Notes: a model not told the origin generated them from the letters alone. Positions 10,314 to 20,736 are shown, counted from the first letter of the stretch. The stretch is 64,000 nucleotides of DNA from Candidatus Bathyarchaeota archaeon (GCA_963702095.1 OY969706.1:1344001-1408000); one strand, 5' to 3'. Program-made: numbers and translations.

Positions 10314-11408
10314 TTACAGCGTCACTTTGCTACATCCACTGCCTGTCTGTGCAGCTGCGATGTCTTGGTAGGTCATGGTGGTTCCTGGATAGAATAACTG
10401 TATGATTTGGTTGGCTTTGTCTTCGAAGTTCCAAGAGTACAAGTTCCCATTTATTACGGAAGCAACGTAGTATACGTTGACTATCTGGTTATCCCAGTTT
10501 GTTCCATAGCACTTGTAGACCATGGTCGAGTAGATGTTGCCGTCTTTGATTGCTGAAACGTCCTCTAATCCGGTGTTGTCATGTATGTAGCCGTTAATGG
10601 AGTCAACGGAACTGCTTAAGCCTATGCTGTCTATGAATATGTAGTCTGGGTTTGCGGCGATTAGAGTTTCCAATGTGATGGTGTATGGTTGACCGTTGAC
10701 CGCCGGCTGAATAGCATTTGGAACATTAGAGTAGTCGAAGGGCAGGTAGTTACCAGAGCCTTTGAGGAATGATGCTCCACCATAATAGAACATGCCAGAG
10801 GCATATGCACTTTTAGTGTTTTCAGTTGTTGCCGTGGATGTGATATCGTTAATCATGTTGGCGACGCCTTCGTTTAGTTTTGTGGCTCTTGCTTGTTCCC
10901 CAAATAGAGTGCCCAGTGAGGTTATTTGGTCGTAGAAGCCTTGTCCGAATTCTACGTTTGCGTTTATGACGTAGACGGGGATGCTGGTTTGGGTTTGGAG
11001 GGTGTCTGCGGTTGCTGTGTCTTCGGCTGTGGAGGTGATGATGAGGCTTGGGTTTAGGTTTAATATGGCTTCAGGGGTTGTGGCTACTTCGGGGAGAGAA
11101 GCGAATTTGGCTTTGTTAATGAGGTAGTATGTTTGGTCGTCTAGGGTGTTGAAGGTGCCAGCGGGCTCGACGGCTTGGACTTTGTTGGCTGCATCAAAGT
11201 ATGATACTAACCGCAGTGAGCATGCGCCTATGCAGTATATTGAGTCTATCTTCTCGGGGATGTTGACTGTTCTGCCTAGGGCGTCGGTGACTGTGGTTGC
11301 TGTGGGTTCAGGGTTTGCTGGGTTTTGGGTGAGAACGTAAACGGCGCCGACGGCGGCGACTATGATTATTACTATTGCCACGAGGGCGAATAATTTGTTT
11401 TTTCCCAT
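10314..11408 (-). CDS. ABC transporter substrate-binding protein (Fe/B12 helical-backbone type), membrane-anchored
   Basis: N-terminal TM anchor, TVTDALGRTVNIP, EAILNLNPSLII, ETLIAANPDYIF, VSAIKDGNIY; ATG at 11408. Confidence 0.92.
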   Translation of the reverse strand: MGKNKLFALVAIVIIIVAAVGAVYVLTQNPANPEPTATTVTDALGRTVNIPEKIDSIYCIGACSLRLVSYFDAANKVQAVEPAGTFNTLDDQTYYLINKAKFASLPEVATTPEAILNLNPSLIITSTAEDTATADTLQTQTSIPVYVINANVEFGQGFYDQITSLGTLFGEQARATKLNEGVANMINDITSTATTENTKSAYASGMFYYGGASFLKGSGNYLPFDYSNVPNAIQPAVNGQPYTITLETLIAANPDYIFIDSIGLSSSVDSINGYIHDNTGLEDVSAIKDGNIYSTMVYKCYGTNWDNQIVNVYYVASVINGNLYSWNFEDKANQIIQLFYPGTTMTYQDIAAAQTGSGCSKVTL

Positions 11409-11433
11409 TTGTGCACGTCCAATTAGTGATTTC

Positions 11434-11461
11434 GTATTACTTTTTATCAATTTAGTAACAC
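11434..11461. promoter_or_regulatory. Putative NikR-type operator GTATTA-N16-TAACAC
   Basis: Imperfect dyad GTATTAC-N14-GTAACAC 26-53 bp upstream of the binding-protein start; same geometry as E. coli NikR GTATGA-N16-TCATAC. Confidence 0.55.
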
Positions 11462-11583
11462 AACTACTTGCACTAATAAATTTTTCTGGACGCAAAAAAC
11501 AAATCAACACAACTTAAACATCAAAACATCCCCTACAAGCCTACAGCCAACCTAAAACTGTAAAGCAAAAAGTAAATGAAAAG

Positions 11584-11658
11584 TGGGCCGAACCGGATTC
11601 GGACCGGCGACCTTCTGCACGTCAAGCAGATGTCCTAACCAGGCTAGACGACCGGCCC
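11584..11658 (-). tRNA. tRNA-Val (GAC)
   Basis: GGGCCGG acceptor, anticodon arm TCTGC-TTGACGT-GCAGA, T arm CCGGTCCGAATCCGG. Confidence 0.93.
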
Positions 11659-11827
11659 ACACTTTTTCGCATAGTCGTCTACTGCGCCACCCTATTTAGG
11701 CGCTTCGCCTCTTATGCGTTGCAATATTCATTTTACAGCAACTATTAAACCATTACGTTTTTGTTTTCTACGATAGAAGTTTTAAGCATCTTATGACATA
11801 ACAGTACCCACCCCCAGGTACAGGGCT

Positions 11828-13078
11828 ATGGCAGCAAACGACGAAATCACCAAGCTACTGGTTGAGTTCATAAACAAAAACTCCAACGTTGCAGACGTGC
11901 AATGGGACAGGCGCATGAGCCCACGTTTACTCTTTAACCCTTACTCCGAAAAATATGAGGAACGCCGCATCGCTGCCCACTACTTCCTCCTAGCCGCATC
12001 TATCCTCGACGACACAGTGGTCGGGTACCCAGAAAACGCCCGTATGCTCCTGGTTTATCTGCATACGGCGTTCGGTAACGTCTTGTTTGACATAAAAAAA
12101 GCCCACCTCTTCGAAGAGGAAATCGTCAAAGCGGATTTCTATCACGATTTGGGTCCCAACAAGAAAGCCGCTTCTGAAAACCTTGCAGCTGTAAATCTAT
12201 TTGTAAAAAACAAGGCAGAACGCAATTTGTTGAAATACTCGCAGAAATTCACCAACCCCAAAGACTTCATCGAAGATTTAGCCCAAAATATCCCCGCGTT
12301 AGCCGGGCCGCATAGGGATAGGGCTTGGATTTACATGCGGTGGATGGTGCGTCCACTGCCTGATCTGCAAATCTATGATCACCTCTTGCCCGAAGACCTC
12401 TATGTACCCTTGACCAAGGAGAACGCTAACGTCGCTGCGAGTCTAGGCATAATTCAAACTGCGTCGCCTTCGCTTTGGCGTGATGAGCAAACCGCTGCAC
12501 AGGCTAGGCAGAGGCTAACCGACTATGCCAAGCGACTTTTCCCTATGGATCCAGCGGAAATCGATTATCCCTTCTTTCTTTTAGGCCGATGGCTTAAACA
12601 GAAAAGCCTCAATCGCTATACACTTAAAACCGCCTTGGATTTTTTGGAGCGGATGCAGAAGATCACTGGGCAGTCGCAGGCTTACTATCAGAAGATGAGC
12701 CGTTACAAAAGCGGTTGGGAAAAGAAAACCGCGCTGACGCTGCTGCGAATGCATATTCCCTATGGCTATGAAACCATCAGTTTCCCGTTACCCAACGAAG
12801 TCTACACGCCAGATTTCATTTTGGAAAAGACATTGGCAGGCAGAAAAATTATCCTTGAACCCCACTTCGAAATGACCAAAAAACAAGCCCGCAAATACGC
12901 CCTATTCAAACGAACCTACGGCCACCAATTCCTCCTAATCCTACTCCTAAAAAACGACCTAATCCCCCTCTACCACCAACGAAAAATCCTAACCGACGAC
13001 GTCTGCGACGACGTATGGCCCATCGAATTCATCCACCTACTAGCCGAAAAAATACGACGCGGAACATACGGACAATAA
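11828..13078 (+). CDS. DUF2400-like HhH-GPD-fold domain fused to T7-endonuclease-I-like PD-(D/E)XK domain
   Basis: WIYMRWMVRPLPDL...LYVPLT...FPMDPAEIDYPFFLLG (DUF2400/TIGR02757-like); C-terminal RYKSGWEK...YGYE...YTPDFIL...IILEPH. Confidence 0.7.
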   Translation: MAANDEITKLLVEFINKNSNVADVQWDRRMSPRLLFNPYSEKYEERRIAAHYFLLAASILDDTVVGYPENARMLLVYLHTAFGNVLFDIKKAHLFEEEIVKADFYHDLGPNKKAASENLAAVNLFVKNKAERNLLKYSQKFTNPKDFIEDLAQNIPALAGPHRDRAWIYMRWMVRPLPDLQIYDHLLPEDLYVPLTKENANVAASLGIIQTASPSLWRDEQTAAQARQRLTDYAKRLFPMDPAEIDYPFFLLGRWLKQKSLNRYTLKTALDFLERMQKITGQSQAYYQKMSRYKSGWEKKTALTLLRMHIPYGYETISFPLPNEVYTPDFILEKTLAGRKIILEPHFEMTKKQARKYALFKRTYGHQFLLILLLKNDLIPLYHQRKILTDDVCDDVWPIEFIHLLAEKIRRGTYGQ

Positions 13079-13129
13079 ACCAACCCGCAACCCAAACAAT
13101 AACCCAACACCAAAACAAACACGGCAGCT

Positions 13130-13402
13130 ATGAGCAAATAACAAACGTTATCACCTATACCGTCTTGTCGACGCAACAGAAGACGACTCAAGAGAACAGA
13201 CGGCTATTGGGTTAATCCGCTGAGTCCTAATACGCCAAAGATTATAGCGCTATACCAGCAAGGCTTAGGTCAAGCGGATATTTGCAAAAGCTTAGGCATG
13301 GATTCTGAGTCCTATCGCCCACACGTTTCTAAAGTTCTTGGTAGAGCAAGAGCCAGAGGTATCATCAAATACCTACCTTGGCTTGAGAGATTACTGATCT
13401 GA
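13130..13402 (+). pseudogene. HTH-protein remnant (SorC-like HTH) with in-frame stop at codon 4
   Basis: ATG AGC AAA TAA then the same frame reads ...IIALYQQGLGQADICKSLGMDSESYRPHVSKVLGRARARGII. Confidence 0.5.
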
Positions 13403-13579
13403 TAGGAAATAATATGCCCCTCATGGAGTGTATAGGATTAAGTACGCATAACCTCAAGTTTACTCTTTTCCCATGCTTTTACTATTCGAAAACGTGAAAA
13501 TGCGGTAGAAGATTCGCTCTCAAAAAAACCCGATGCTCCACCTTTTGGTTTGAGCCTAAAAAAAGTAATCTTGGGGTTT

Positions 13580-13783
13580 CTATAGGTGAGATTGAGACGT
13601 TTTGGTTTCTCTGTCCCTATACTGTTCTATGCGAAATAGTTTTTCCTCTTGCGATAGTTCGACTACAATGTCACTTTCATCCAATAGCTTTGGAGGTAAC
13701 TTATCTCTTAATATAGAAATAACCAATTGAACATTTTTATCTTTCACAAATTGTGCTACCTGCAAAAGTTGGTTATCGTGCAT
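13580..13783 (-). pseudogene. C-terminal fragment of DUF2326 (ABC-3C / Lamassu LmuB-like) protein
   Basis: MHDNQLLQVAQFV...QLVISILRDKLP...VVELSQEEKLFRIE resembles the DUF2326 C-terminus; no N-terminal ATPase part present; AT-rich DNA. Confidence 0.6.
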
Positions 13784-14151
13784 GCCCTTTTGGCAACCCG
13801 ACACGCAACGAGGGCAAGACCTTTTTTGCCACCCCTTACTTTATTACTTATCAGCCTGCCATCTCTACACCCTTCTAGTCTAATACCTGCCATTTTTTAG
13901 CCCCCATTCTTTGTTTACCATTTATAGTTTTAAGGTTTGCTAGGCACACAGGTGACGGTTTTTCACAAGTTGGAGCTTAGAAAAATTGCGCTATGTTGGG
14001 TGACACAGACTTCAAAGAGCCGGAGGGGAGCTCGGCAAAGCAACAAACCCACACCGCCCTACCCTCAACTGCTTGAAAAAACCGCCACAACCAACCAGCA
14101 ACCCAACACAAACGCAGACACAAAAACACAACGCCCCGCCAAACCCGCTGC

Positions 14152-14186
14152 TTGTTGTTGTGTATAGGGGGTTTTTAGCAACAACA
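14152..14186 (+). repeat. Dispersed intergenic repeat (GTTGTTG-TATAGGGGG-CAACAAC), copy 1
   Basis: 32/35 identical to reverse complement of 25405-25439. Confidence 0.85.
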
Positions 14187-14257
14187 CACTGATAAAAAAA
14201 CCTCATAGTGGCTGCCACTGTATATATGGGTCTTGTGTTGTTGTTGTTTGATTTGCG

Positions 14258-14623
14258 ATGCCCACTGAGAATTTTAAAGCTTACATTGTTGCCTTGATTT
14301 TGGATGGCAAACCCGAAGATGCGCTAGAGTTGCTATCAAAAGAATACAACGTCACCTTGCCCTCGTTGCGTGTCGGGTTGCCAAAAGGGCATAAAACAAC
14401 CGCATACGGATGCTACAGCGCAAAAACACAGTCAATCACCGTACTCAACAGCGACATACTCATCAACCCCTTTGTTATTCTCCACGAATTCTACCATCAC
14501 CTGCGGAGCAAAGCGGTGGATCGGGTGCATCGAGGCACCGAAGGCAACGCAGACAAATTCGCCATGGATTACCTGCAGCAATATCAACTTGCTGTGTTGA
14601 GGGCTCAGTTGGGCAGTCAATAA
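14258..14623 (+). CDS. Small zincin-like (HExxH) protein
   Basis: YGCY, VILHEFYHHL, downstream TEGNADKFA third-ligand-like motif. Confidence 0.75.
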   Translation: MPTENFKAYIVALILDGKPEDALELLSKEYNVTLPSLRVGLPKGHKTTAYGCYSAKTQSITVLNSDILINPFVILHEFYHHLRSKAVDRVHRGTEGNADKFAMDYLQQYQLAVLRAQLGSQ

Positions 14624-15036
14624 TAGTCTTCGTCGTTGCATTCAATGGGCTCAGTAATTTCAATGGGTAGATTGTCGCCGTTTGAATCGTAGGCGGCTAT
14701 ACAATTTTTTCCTTCGTAGGGGTAACCGACGATTAAAAGAACCCGCCCAAAAAAGTAGTTTAGATCTACATGGCTTGGTCTATTGTTGCCCGAAGGATGC
14801 GAATGAACGGTTCCCACAAGTGAGAAGTCGCCTACGAACATGTAAGGGTTGAAGTGGACTTCGCCTTCTCCGTGGACTGCAAACGGTGCCAATACCAAGT
14901 CGGTTACTGCTATGATGTTTTTTATTTTTTTGCCCCTCAGAAGTAGAAAGCTTTCACGTGGGTAAAGTTCTTTGGCGCCTGCGTAGATGGCGTCTAATAT
15001 GTTGCTTGGGATCTGCACGGTTACGGTGGAAGTCAT
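14617..15036 (-). CDS. JAB/MPN (JAMM) metalloprotease
   Basis: YPRE plus VGTVHSHPSGNNRPSHVD (E...HxH-x7-S-xx-D). Confidence 0.92.
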   Translation of the reverse strand: MTSTVTVQIPSNILDAIYAGAKELYPRESFLLLRGKKIKNIIAVTDLVLAPFAVHGEGEVHFNPYMFVGDFSLVGTVHSHPSGNNRPSHVDLNYFFGRVLLIVGYPYEGKNCIAAYDSNGDNLPIEITEPIECNDEDYY

Positions 15037-15157
15037 ATACACAACGGTTAGGGTTGTGGGTTAAGAACTTTGCCTAATCTCTTAGGTACTTGGAGTTTCT
15101 CTGCTTGAATTAGGTAGACATTTAAGATACAATGGATTAAAATGTTGATTTGTCGGT

Positions 15158-15242
15158 GCCGGGATGGCAGAGTGGTTAACGCGCGGGCCTTGAGAGCCCG
15201 TGGACCTTCCGGTCCGCATGGGTTCGAATCCCATTCCCGGCG
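15158..15242 (+). tRNA. tRNA-Ser (TGA)
   Basis: GCCGGGA acceptor, anticodon arm CGGGC-CTTGAGA-GCCCG, long variable arm, GGTTCGAATCC, G discriminator. Confidence 0.95.
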
Positions 15243-15375
15243 CCTTCATAGAAACTGTTTTCTGCTTTCCAGTTTTCCGCAAAGCTGTAATTTTTTGTTT
15301 GCTTAGATCTTCTAGAGAGCGTAAAATATAAGCAAAACTAAGAGCCAGAGTTATTCGATTGAAAAGAATTTTCAC

Positions 15376-15744
15376 TTAGAGCATTAAGAATTTTCTTACG
15401 AAATCCGTCATTTGTTTATTGAATTCCTTCATCATGTCAACAACAACTTCTTGGCCTAAGGGTGTTAGTTTGTATACTGTTTTTCTTCCATCGTTTTCCC
15501 CCTCTATGAGTCCCTTGCGTTCTACAGTATACAGTGTTGCATAGACCGTTCCGGGGCTGAGTACTCCTCCAAACTTGCTGTTGACAAAAGCGGTGATGTC
15601 ATATCCACTTAGGTTTCCCTGTTTCTTCATTTCGATTAGAATGAGTATGTCGAGGAAGTTTTTGATTACCCGTGTTTCTATATCTTTTGGGGAATATCCG
15701 CTGAGGTGTCTTGCCGATTTTGGATTATCTGTTGTCTCGTTCAT
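15376..15744 (-). CDS. PadR family transcriptional regulator
   Basis: LSGYDI, LSPGTVYATLYTVERKGLI, RKTVYKLTPLG. Confidence 0.9.
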   Translation of the reverse strand: MNETTDNPKSARHLSGYSPKDIETRVIKNFLDILILIEMKKQGNLSGYDITAFVNSKFGGVLSPGTVYATLYTVERKGLIEGENDGRKTVYKLTPLGQEVVVDMMKEFNKQMTDFVRKFLML

Positions 15745-16022
15745 CGTCAGTCGCCTGAACCTTCTTTAGCTATGACCTTTGTGGACTTTTAAGATTATTG
15801 TGTTCAACATGTTTTATGTAAAAAAGTTAATTTATCTATGAATATAGCTTAATTATAGCGATAACCCCCTTCAGGTTTCGAGTATCTTTTTAAATGCTTA
15901 GTTTAATGGATTAACAGTGGTTTCTGGGCTTTTGCCAATAAAAAAGTCCAATATTTCTCAAATTTGCGAAAACAAAACCAATCAAAAGAAATCCATAGAC
16001 TCGGTGCTTAAGCCCAAACCAG

Positions 16023-18098
16023 TTAACCTTGCTCCTTGAGGTACTCCAACATCTTTTCAAGTTGATTAGTAGGCGGCATGCAGGTTTGGTTTCGGCATAC
16101 ATACGCTGTGGCTTTTCCCTCGCTTTTCTCGTAGCCGCCGGGCACTCCTTTAGGCGATTCAGAGGCTAATTTCACCGTTAAATTCGGCAGATAATTCCTC
16201 CGCAAAGCCACCAGCAATTCTTGAGTGTCTTTGTCTGCCACGCTGCCGACCAAAACTACGCTAAAAGAGGGCCCTAACACAAAGTCCAGCCCCGTTAACA
16301 TGAAGGTATGCCCCATCGGGTAACCCTTAATTTCCTCGGAAAACGCTGCCAACAATTTATTCGCGTATCCCTCAGAGGATACGTCGCCTGTCAACCATGA
16401 CAGCCACAGCAGATCATGGAGCGCCATCGAGTTCCCTGAAGGCGTTGCGCCGTCGTAGGCTTGTTTTATGCGTGGAACCGTTTCGTCGCTTGTTTGGGCG
16501 GTGAGGAAGAAACCTCCGTTTTTGTTGTCCCAGAACTCTGCAAGCATGGTTTTAGCTAATTCAACGCCTGCCTCTAAGTATTTCTCGCCAAAATCTGCTT
16601 CGTAGAGCTCCAGCAGACCAAAAACAAAACAGGCATAATCGTCCAAAAAGCCCAAAACAGCCCGTTCACCCTTAACAAAACGATGATAAATCTTACCTTC
16701 TTCAGTCCGCAAGTTGCCTAATATGAAATCTGCCGCTTTCTGAGCTGCAACAAGATACTTCGGTTCCCCCAAAACCTGACTTGCCCTCGCCAACGCCCCA
16801 ATCATCAAGCCGTTCCAGTCAACCAACACCTTGTCGTCTTTGGCGGGATGAACCCGTTTTTTCCTCGCCGCAAAAAGTAGATGCGTGACCTTGCCCAGTT
16901 TAGCGATGACTTGGTCGACGGTCAAATTTGAATCCGTAGCCATCTGCTCAATAGGCACCGCAAGATGCAGGATGTTTTTGCCCATTCTGCCTTCGGATGG
17001 TTCATAGTAGTTGCCTTCTGCTCTGACGCCGTAGATTTTAATGGCGAATTCGCTTAGGTCGGCCGGTAGGGCTTGTTTGATTTCTTCTTGTGTCCAGAGG
17101 TAGAATTTGCCTTCTTCGCCTTCGCTGTCAGCGTCTTCAGCAGAGTAGAAGCCGCCTTCCGCCTCAACCATGTCTCTTAGCACATAGTCAAGCGTCTCTT
17201 TTGCGGAAATCCTGAATTTCGGCGCTTTGGACTGCTGGTAAGCTTCAAGATAAGCAAGGGCAAGGAGGGCTTGGTCGTAGAGCATTTTTTCGAAATGCGG
17301 AACCAGCCACCTTGAGTCTGTGCTGTACCTGTGGAATCCTAAGCCGATTTGGTCGAAAATGCCGCCTAAACGCATGTTGCGCAGCGTGCCCTCAACCATG
17401 CTCCATGCAGCAGGCTGCTTTGTACGTTTGTAGTATCGTAGTAGAAACAGGAGGTTGTGAGGTGAGGGGAACTTCGGCGACGACCCAAACCCTCCGTTCT
17501 CATGATCAAAAGCTAAATAGAGCTGGTCAAAAGCTTCGTCAAGCACATCTTTATCCAAAATCAGCGGTTCGCGGATTCGTTGGGCGGTGATTTGTTCGGT
17601 TACTTCTTTGCCCGTAGCTTCTAATTCGGTTCGGCGGCTCTTCCATATTTGCTCGATTTGAGGTACAAGGCTTAGCATGCCAAATGTTCCGTAACGGTCG
17701 TCTTTGGGTATATAGCTAGCCACGAAAAAAGGGTGTTTCTGCGGGGTCATTATCACGTTGAGGGGCCAGCCACAGCTTCTGCCCATTGCCTGGCAAACCG
17801 CCATGTAAGTGGCGTCTAAATCTGGCCGTTCCTCACGATCCACTTTGATACAGACAAAAGCCTTGTTCATGAGGGCTGCTACGTCTTGGTCTTCAAAGCA
17901 TTCCTTCTCCATGACGTGGCACCAGTGACAGGTAGAGTAACCTATGGAGACAAAAACAGGTTTATCTTCAGCCTGCGCCCGCTGGAAGGCTTCGTCGCCC
18001 CAAGGATACCAATCAACAGGGTTGTAGGCGTGCTGAAGCAGGTAGGGGCTTTTTTCAGTGATTAACCTGTTAGGTTTCGGTTTCTCAGAATTATGCAT
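16023..18098 (-). CDS. YyaL/SPATA20-like thioredoxin + (alpha/alpha)6 barrel protein (DUF255)
   Basis: [46 protein letters not shown]. Confidence 0.95.
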   Translation of the reverse strand: MHNSEKPKPNRLITEKSPYLLQHAYNPVDWYPWGDEAFQRAQAEDKPVFVSIGYSTCHWCHVMEKECFEDQDVAALMNKAFVCIKVDREERPDLDATYMAVCQAMGRSCGWPLNVIMTPQKHPFFVASYIPKDDRYGTFGMLSLVPQIEQIWKSRRTELEATGKEVTEQITAQRIREPLILDKDVLDEAFDQLYLAFDHENGGFGSSPKFPSPHNLLFLLRYYKRTKQPAAWSMVEGTLRNMRLGGIFDQIGLGFHRYSTDSRWLVPHFEKMLYDQALLALAYLEAYQQSKAPKFRISAKETLDYVLRDMVEAEGGFYSAEDADSEGEEGKFYLWTQEEIKQALPADLSEFAIKIYGVRAEGNYYEPSEGRMGKNILHLAVPIEQMATDSNLTVDQVIAKLGKVTHLLFAARKKRVHPAKDDKVLVDWNGLMIGALARASQVLGEPKYLVAAQKAADFILGNLRTEEGKIYHRFVKGERAVLGFLDDYACFVFGLLELYEADFGEKYLEAGVELAKTMLAEFWDNKNGGFFLTAQTSDETVPRIKQAYDGATPSGNSMALHDLLWLSWLTGDVSSEGYANKLLAAFSEEIKGYPMGHTFMLTGLDFVLGPSFSVVLVGSVADKDTQELLVALRRNYLPNLTVKLASESPKGVPGGYEKSEGKATAYVCRNQTCMPPTNQLEKMLEYLKEQG

Positions 18099-18153
18099 AA
18101 AGTCATCAATAACAGATGCATCTACTGCTTATTAGCTCTTAAAAAAGAAATGA

Positions 18154-18594
18154 TTAGTATTTTACGCTTAAGTAGAACAGCACCAGCAGCGCAGCCATCT
18201 CGAAGAGGTCAGGCAGAAAAGCGAAGGGTCCCAAACCAAAGAGGTTGAAGCCTGCGATTCCGATTACAAACGGACTCCATGTCACGTCTTTTATGAGTAA
18301 GAAAGAAGCGAAGAGCAAAAGTCCAACGGTAAATTCAGATCGGGTTTTGAGGTAGATGCTTATGTAGCTGCCGATTAACACGCAGATTAACACGATGTTT
18401 ACGGTGGAGAATATGGTTCTTGCCCAGTAATACAGTTCTAAATCAGCTGGGTTAGGTATATATTGTCTAGGCACAAAGGGATACCCAACGGTTCTTCTAG
18501 CCTCCGCTTGATACATCGCGAGTAGTACTGCTGCAACAGCAGATAACACTATCAAAACTATAAGCAACACGAAGATGATTTGTTTTTTATTCAT
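18154..18594 (-). CDS. Hypothetical membrane protein
   Basis: Four hydrophobic segments, YLKTRSEFTVGLLLFA; co-oriented downstream of the ArsR regulator. Confidence 0.8.
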   Translation of the reverse strand: MNKKQIIFVLLIVLIVLSAVAAVLLAMYQAEARRTVGYPFVPRQYIPNPADLELYYWARTIFSTVNIVLICVLIGSYISIYLKTRSEFTVGLLLFASFLLIKDVTWSPFVIGIAGFNLFGLGPFAFLPDLFEMAALLVLFYLSVKY

Positions 18595-18625
18595 TTAGTT
18601 CTCCCTCTTGCCTCTTCTCCTTTTT

Positions 18626-18928
18626 CTACTTTTTCCCGATTTTATTCGCAATCTCCTCAAACAGGACGTAGTTGTCTTCCATGACCTGCGATAGAAAGTA
18701 CGTTGCACCATACCTGTCTCCGATTGAAGTGATGATTTTGTTCTTCTCCAAAACCTCTAAGTGGTGACGCATCGTTTTGTAATCCATCTGCAGCAACGTA
18801 GCCAGCTGATTTGCGTTTTGCGGTGTTTCCTTGAGTGATTTGATGATTTTTGCACGGGTAGGTCCGCCTCTTGTGCCAGCGATTAACCAGCCTAAGAGGT
18901 ATTTTAGTGAACGTGCATTTGCAGACAC
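18626..18928 (-). CDS. ArsR-family winged-helix regulator
   Basis: WLIAGTRGGPTRAKII, NANQLA, DYKTMRHHLEVL, YGATYF; GTG start at 18928. Confidence 0.9.
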   Translation of the reverse strand: MSANARSLKYLLGWLIAGTRGGPTRAKIIKSLKETPQNANQLATLLQMDYKTMRHHLEVLEKNKIITSIGDRYGATYFLSQVMEDNYVLFEEIANKIGKK

Positions 18929-19092
18929 TCTATTACCGCTCCGTGCAACAATCTCTTCTGGACTGTTTGTTCTGTTAACGTTATAAATGTGCGCTTTCGT
19001 CGTGAAGAAAAAAACTTTTGGCAATAATTAGGCTCTATTCCGAGTATAACCTGAAAAATTCTGCGCTGGCTTCTTGGAGTTAGCGGTTGCTG

Positions 19093-19136
19093 ATTAGGGT
19101 GAAATTTGGGTACAATTCTGAAAAATCATTTAATAA
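19093..19136 (+). promoter_or_regulatory. Three 11-bp-period direct repeats followed by a TATA-like box
   Basis: ATTAGGGTGAA ATTTGGGTACA ATTCTGAAAAA then TTTAATAA, between divergent ArsR and ABC operon. Confidence 0.4.
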
Positions 19137-19267
19137 CCGCTCAGCCTCAACCCCCGATAGGACAGCCAAGAAGGGATTTGGAAAACTCGAAACTGGCCGA
19201 AAGCCCAAACTGCCCAAAAACCCCTTCATTTCCCTTCTTGGTTGCCCCTTCCAAATAAGGTGTTAAC

Positions 19268-20736
19268 ATGGGAATACTCAACAGAGCGGTACGGAACATT
19301 TCAAGACGAAAAATACGCGCTTTACTAGTAATCATCGCCTTAGGTTTCTCTATGGCTATTATGATTTCAATACCCGCTGGTGTAATGGCTAATCAGCAAG
19401 AAGCCACCAACCTAGCCTCAAATTTAGGCAATACCATAACTGAAACTGGCCAATCGATCAACCAGACGTTGTCTCAGCTGGATTTGAGTTTGGCATCTGA
19501 ATTCTCAGGTTTCGGCTTCCAACGACCCAACTCAACTTCTTCCTCAGGTCAAATTGGTGGTCCATCCTCAGGTGGACAAGGGGGAGGCGACTTTGTTTTT
19601 GACCCCAGCCAATTCGGAGGCGGCATGGGTGGCGGTCAAGGACAATTCGGAGGCGGCGTGCTGGGAGGCGGACAAGTCAGCCCCATGAACGAAAGCCTAT
19701 ACAACGACATCAACAGCACCATCTCGGGCATAGCAGCTGTAGAACCTATCCTCACGGCTTCAGAAGGAAGCAACGAAACCATATCCTTTATGGGTCGAAG
19801 CTTCACCCGTCAACTCACAGAATACACAATCGAGGGTATTCCGTTAACTTCAGACTTAGTCAACAACTACGATATCCTCCCAACAAACATTACGGAAGGA
19901 CAGAATCTGGCGGCAGGCGACAGCGGAGTTGTTCTGTTAAGCGAAAATAACTCCCAATACTTCGATGCAGGCGTCGGCGACACAATATCAATTCTGGGTC
20001 AGGATTTCCAGGTGATCGGCATTCATGGAACCACCTCTACCTCAGATGGATTAGTGCTCTACATGAACCTCTCTGACGCTCAAGCCATCACAAACAACAC
20101 CGGCTACATCACAAGCATACGCGTCTTCGCCACCAACGCCGACGTAGTGACTTCACTTGCAACCAAGATAAGCTCAATGCATTCAGAACTAAGCGTCACA
20201 ACAGGTCAAGAACGATTAAACCAGCTCCAAGCCATACAATCCACCTACACGGCTGCCTTAGAAAACGCACAAGCATCAATCGATAGCACCCAAACCACCG
20301 CAACCATAGAAATCGCCATCGTCGTTGCAGCAACAAGCCTAATAGTGCTCTTCGTTATGCTTTTCACCGTTCGAGAACGCACCAAAGAAATCGGCACCCT
20401 CAAAGCCATCGGTTTCAGCAACGGCACTGTCATGGGTCAATTCCTACTCGAAGGCATCATGCTTGCTGCAATCGCAGGCTTGGTGGGTATTGCAATCGGT
20501 GTGTTTGCGGCTCCGCAAATCGCGTCTTTGGTGTTATCCTCATCAAGCGCAAGCAGTGTAGCCCAAGGCGTAGCTGCCACCCGATTCTTAGGTGGTTCAA
20601 CCGTTAGCGCCACTTTAACCCCGACACTTATCCTGCGGGTTTCGGCGCAGCCATAGCGCTTGGAGCAGTAGGTAGCCTATACCCCGCGTGGAGAGCGTCA
20701 AAGATTAGACCGGCTGAGGCGATGAGATATGAGTAA
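19268..20736 (+). CDS. MacB/FtsX-type ABC permease (frameshift near 20636)
   Basis: RRKIRALL N-terminus, VRERTKEIGTLKAIG; C-terminus GSLYPAWRASKIRPAEAMRYE* is in the -1 frame. Confidence 0.9.

Noticed and set aside
7110-11584. ABC operon as an island integrated at the tRNA-Val 3' end
   Set aside because: No duplicated tRNA 3' end and no integrase found
15158-15242. tRNA-Sec or suppressor tRNA because of TGA in the anticodon loop
   Set aside because: Anticodon TGA reads the UCA serine codon; tRNA-Sec would have anticodon TCA
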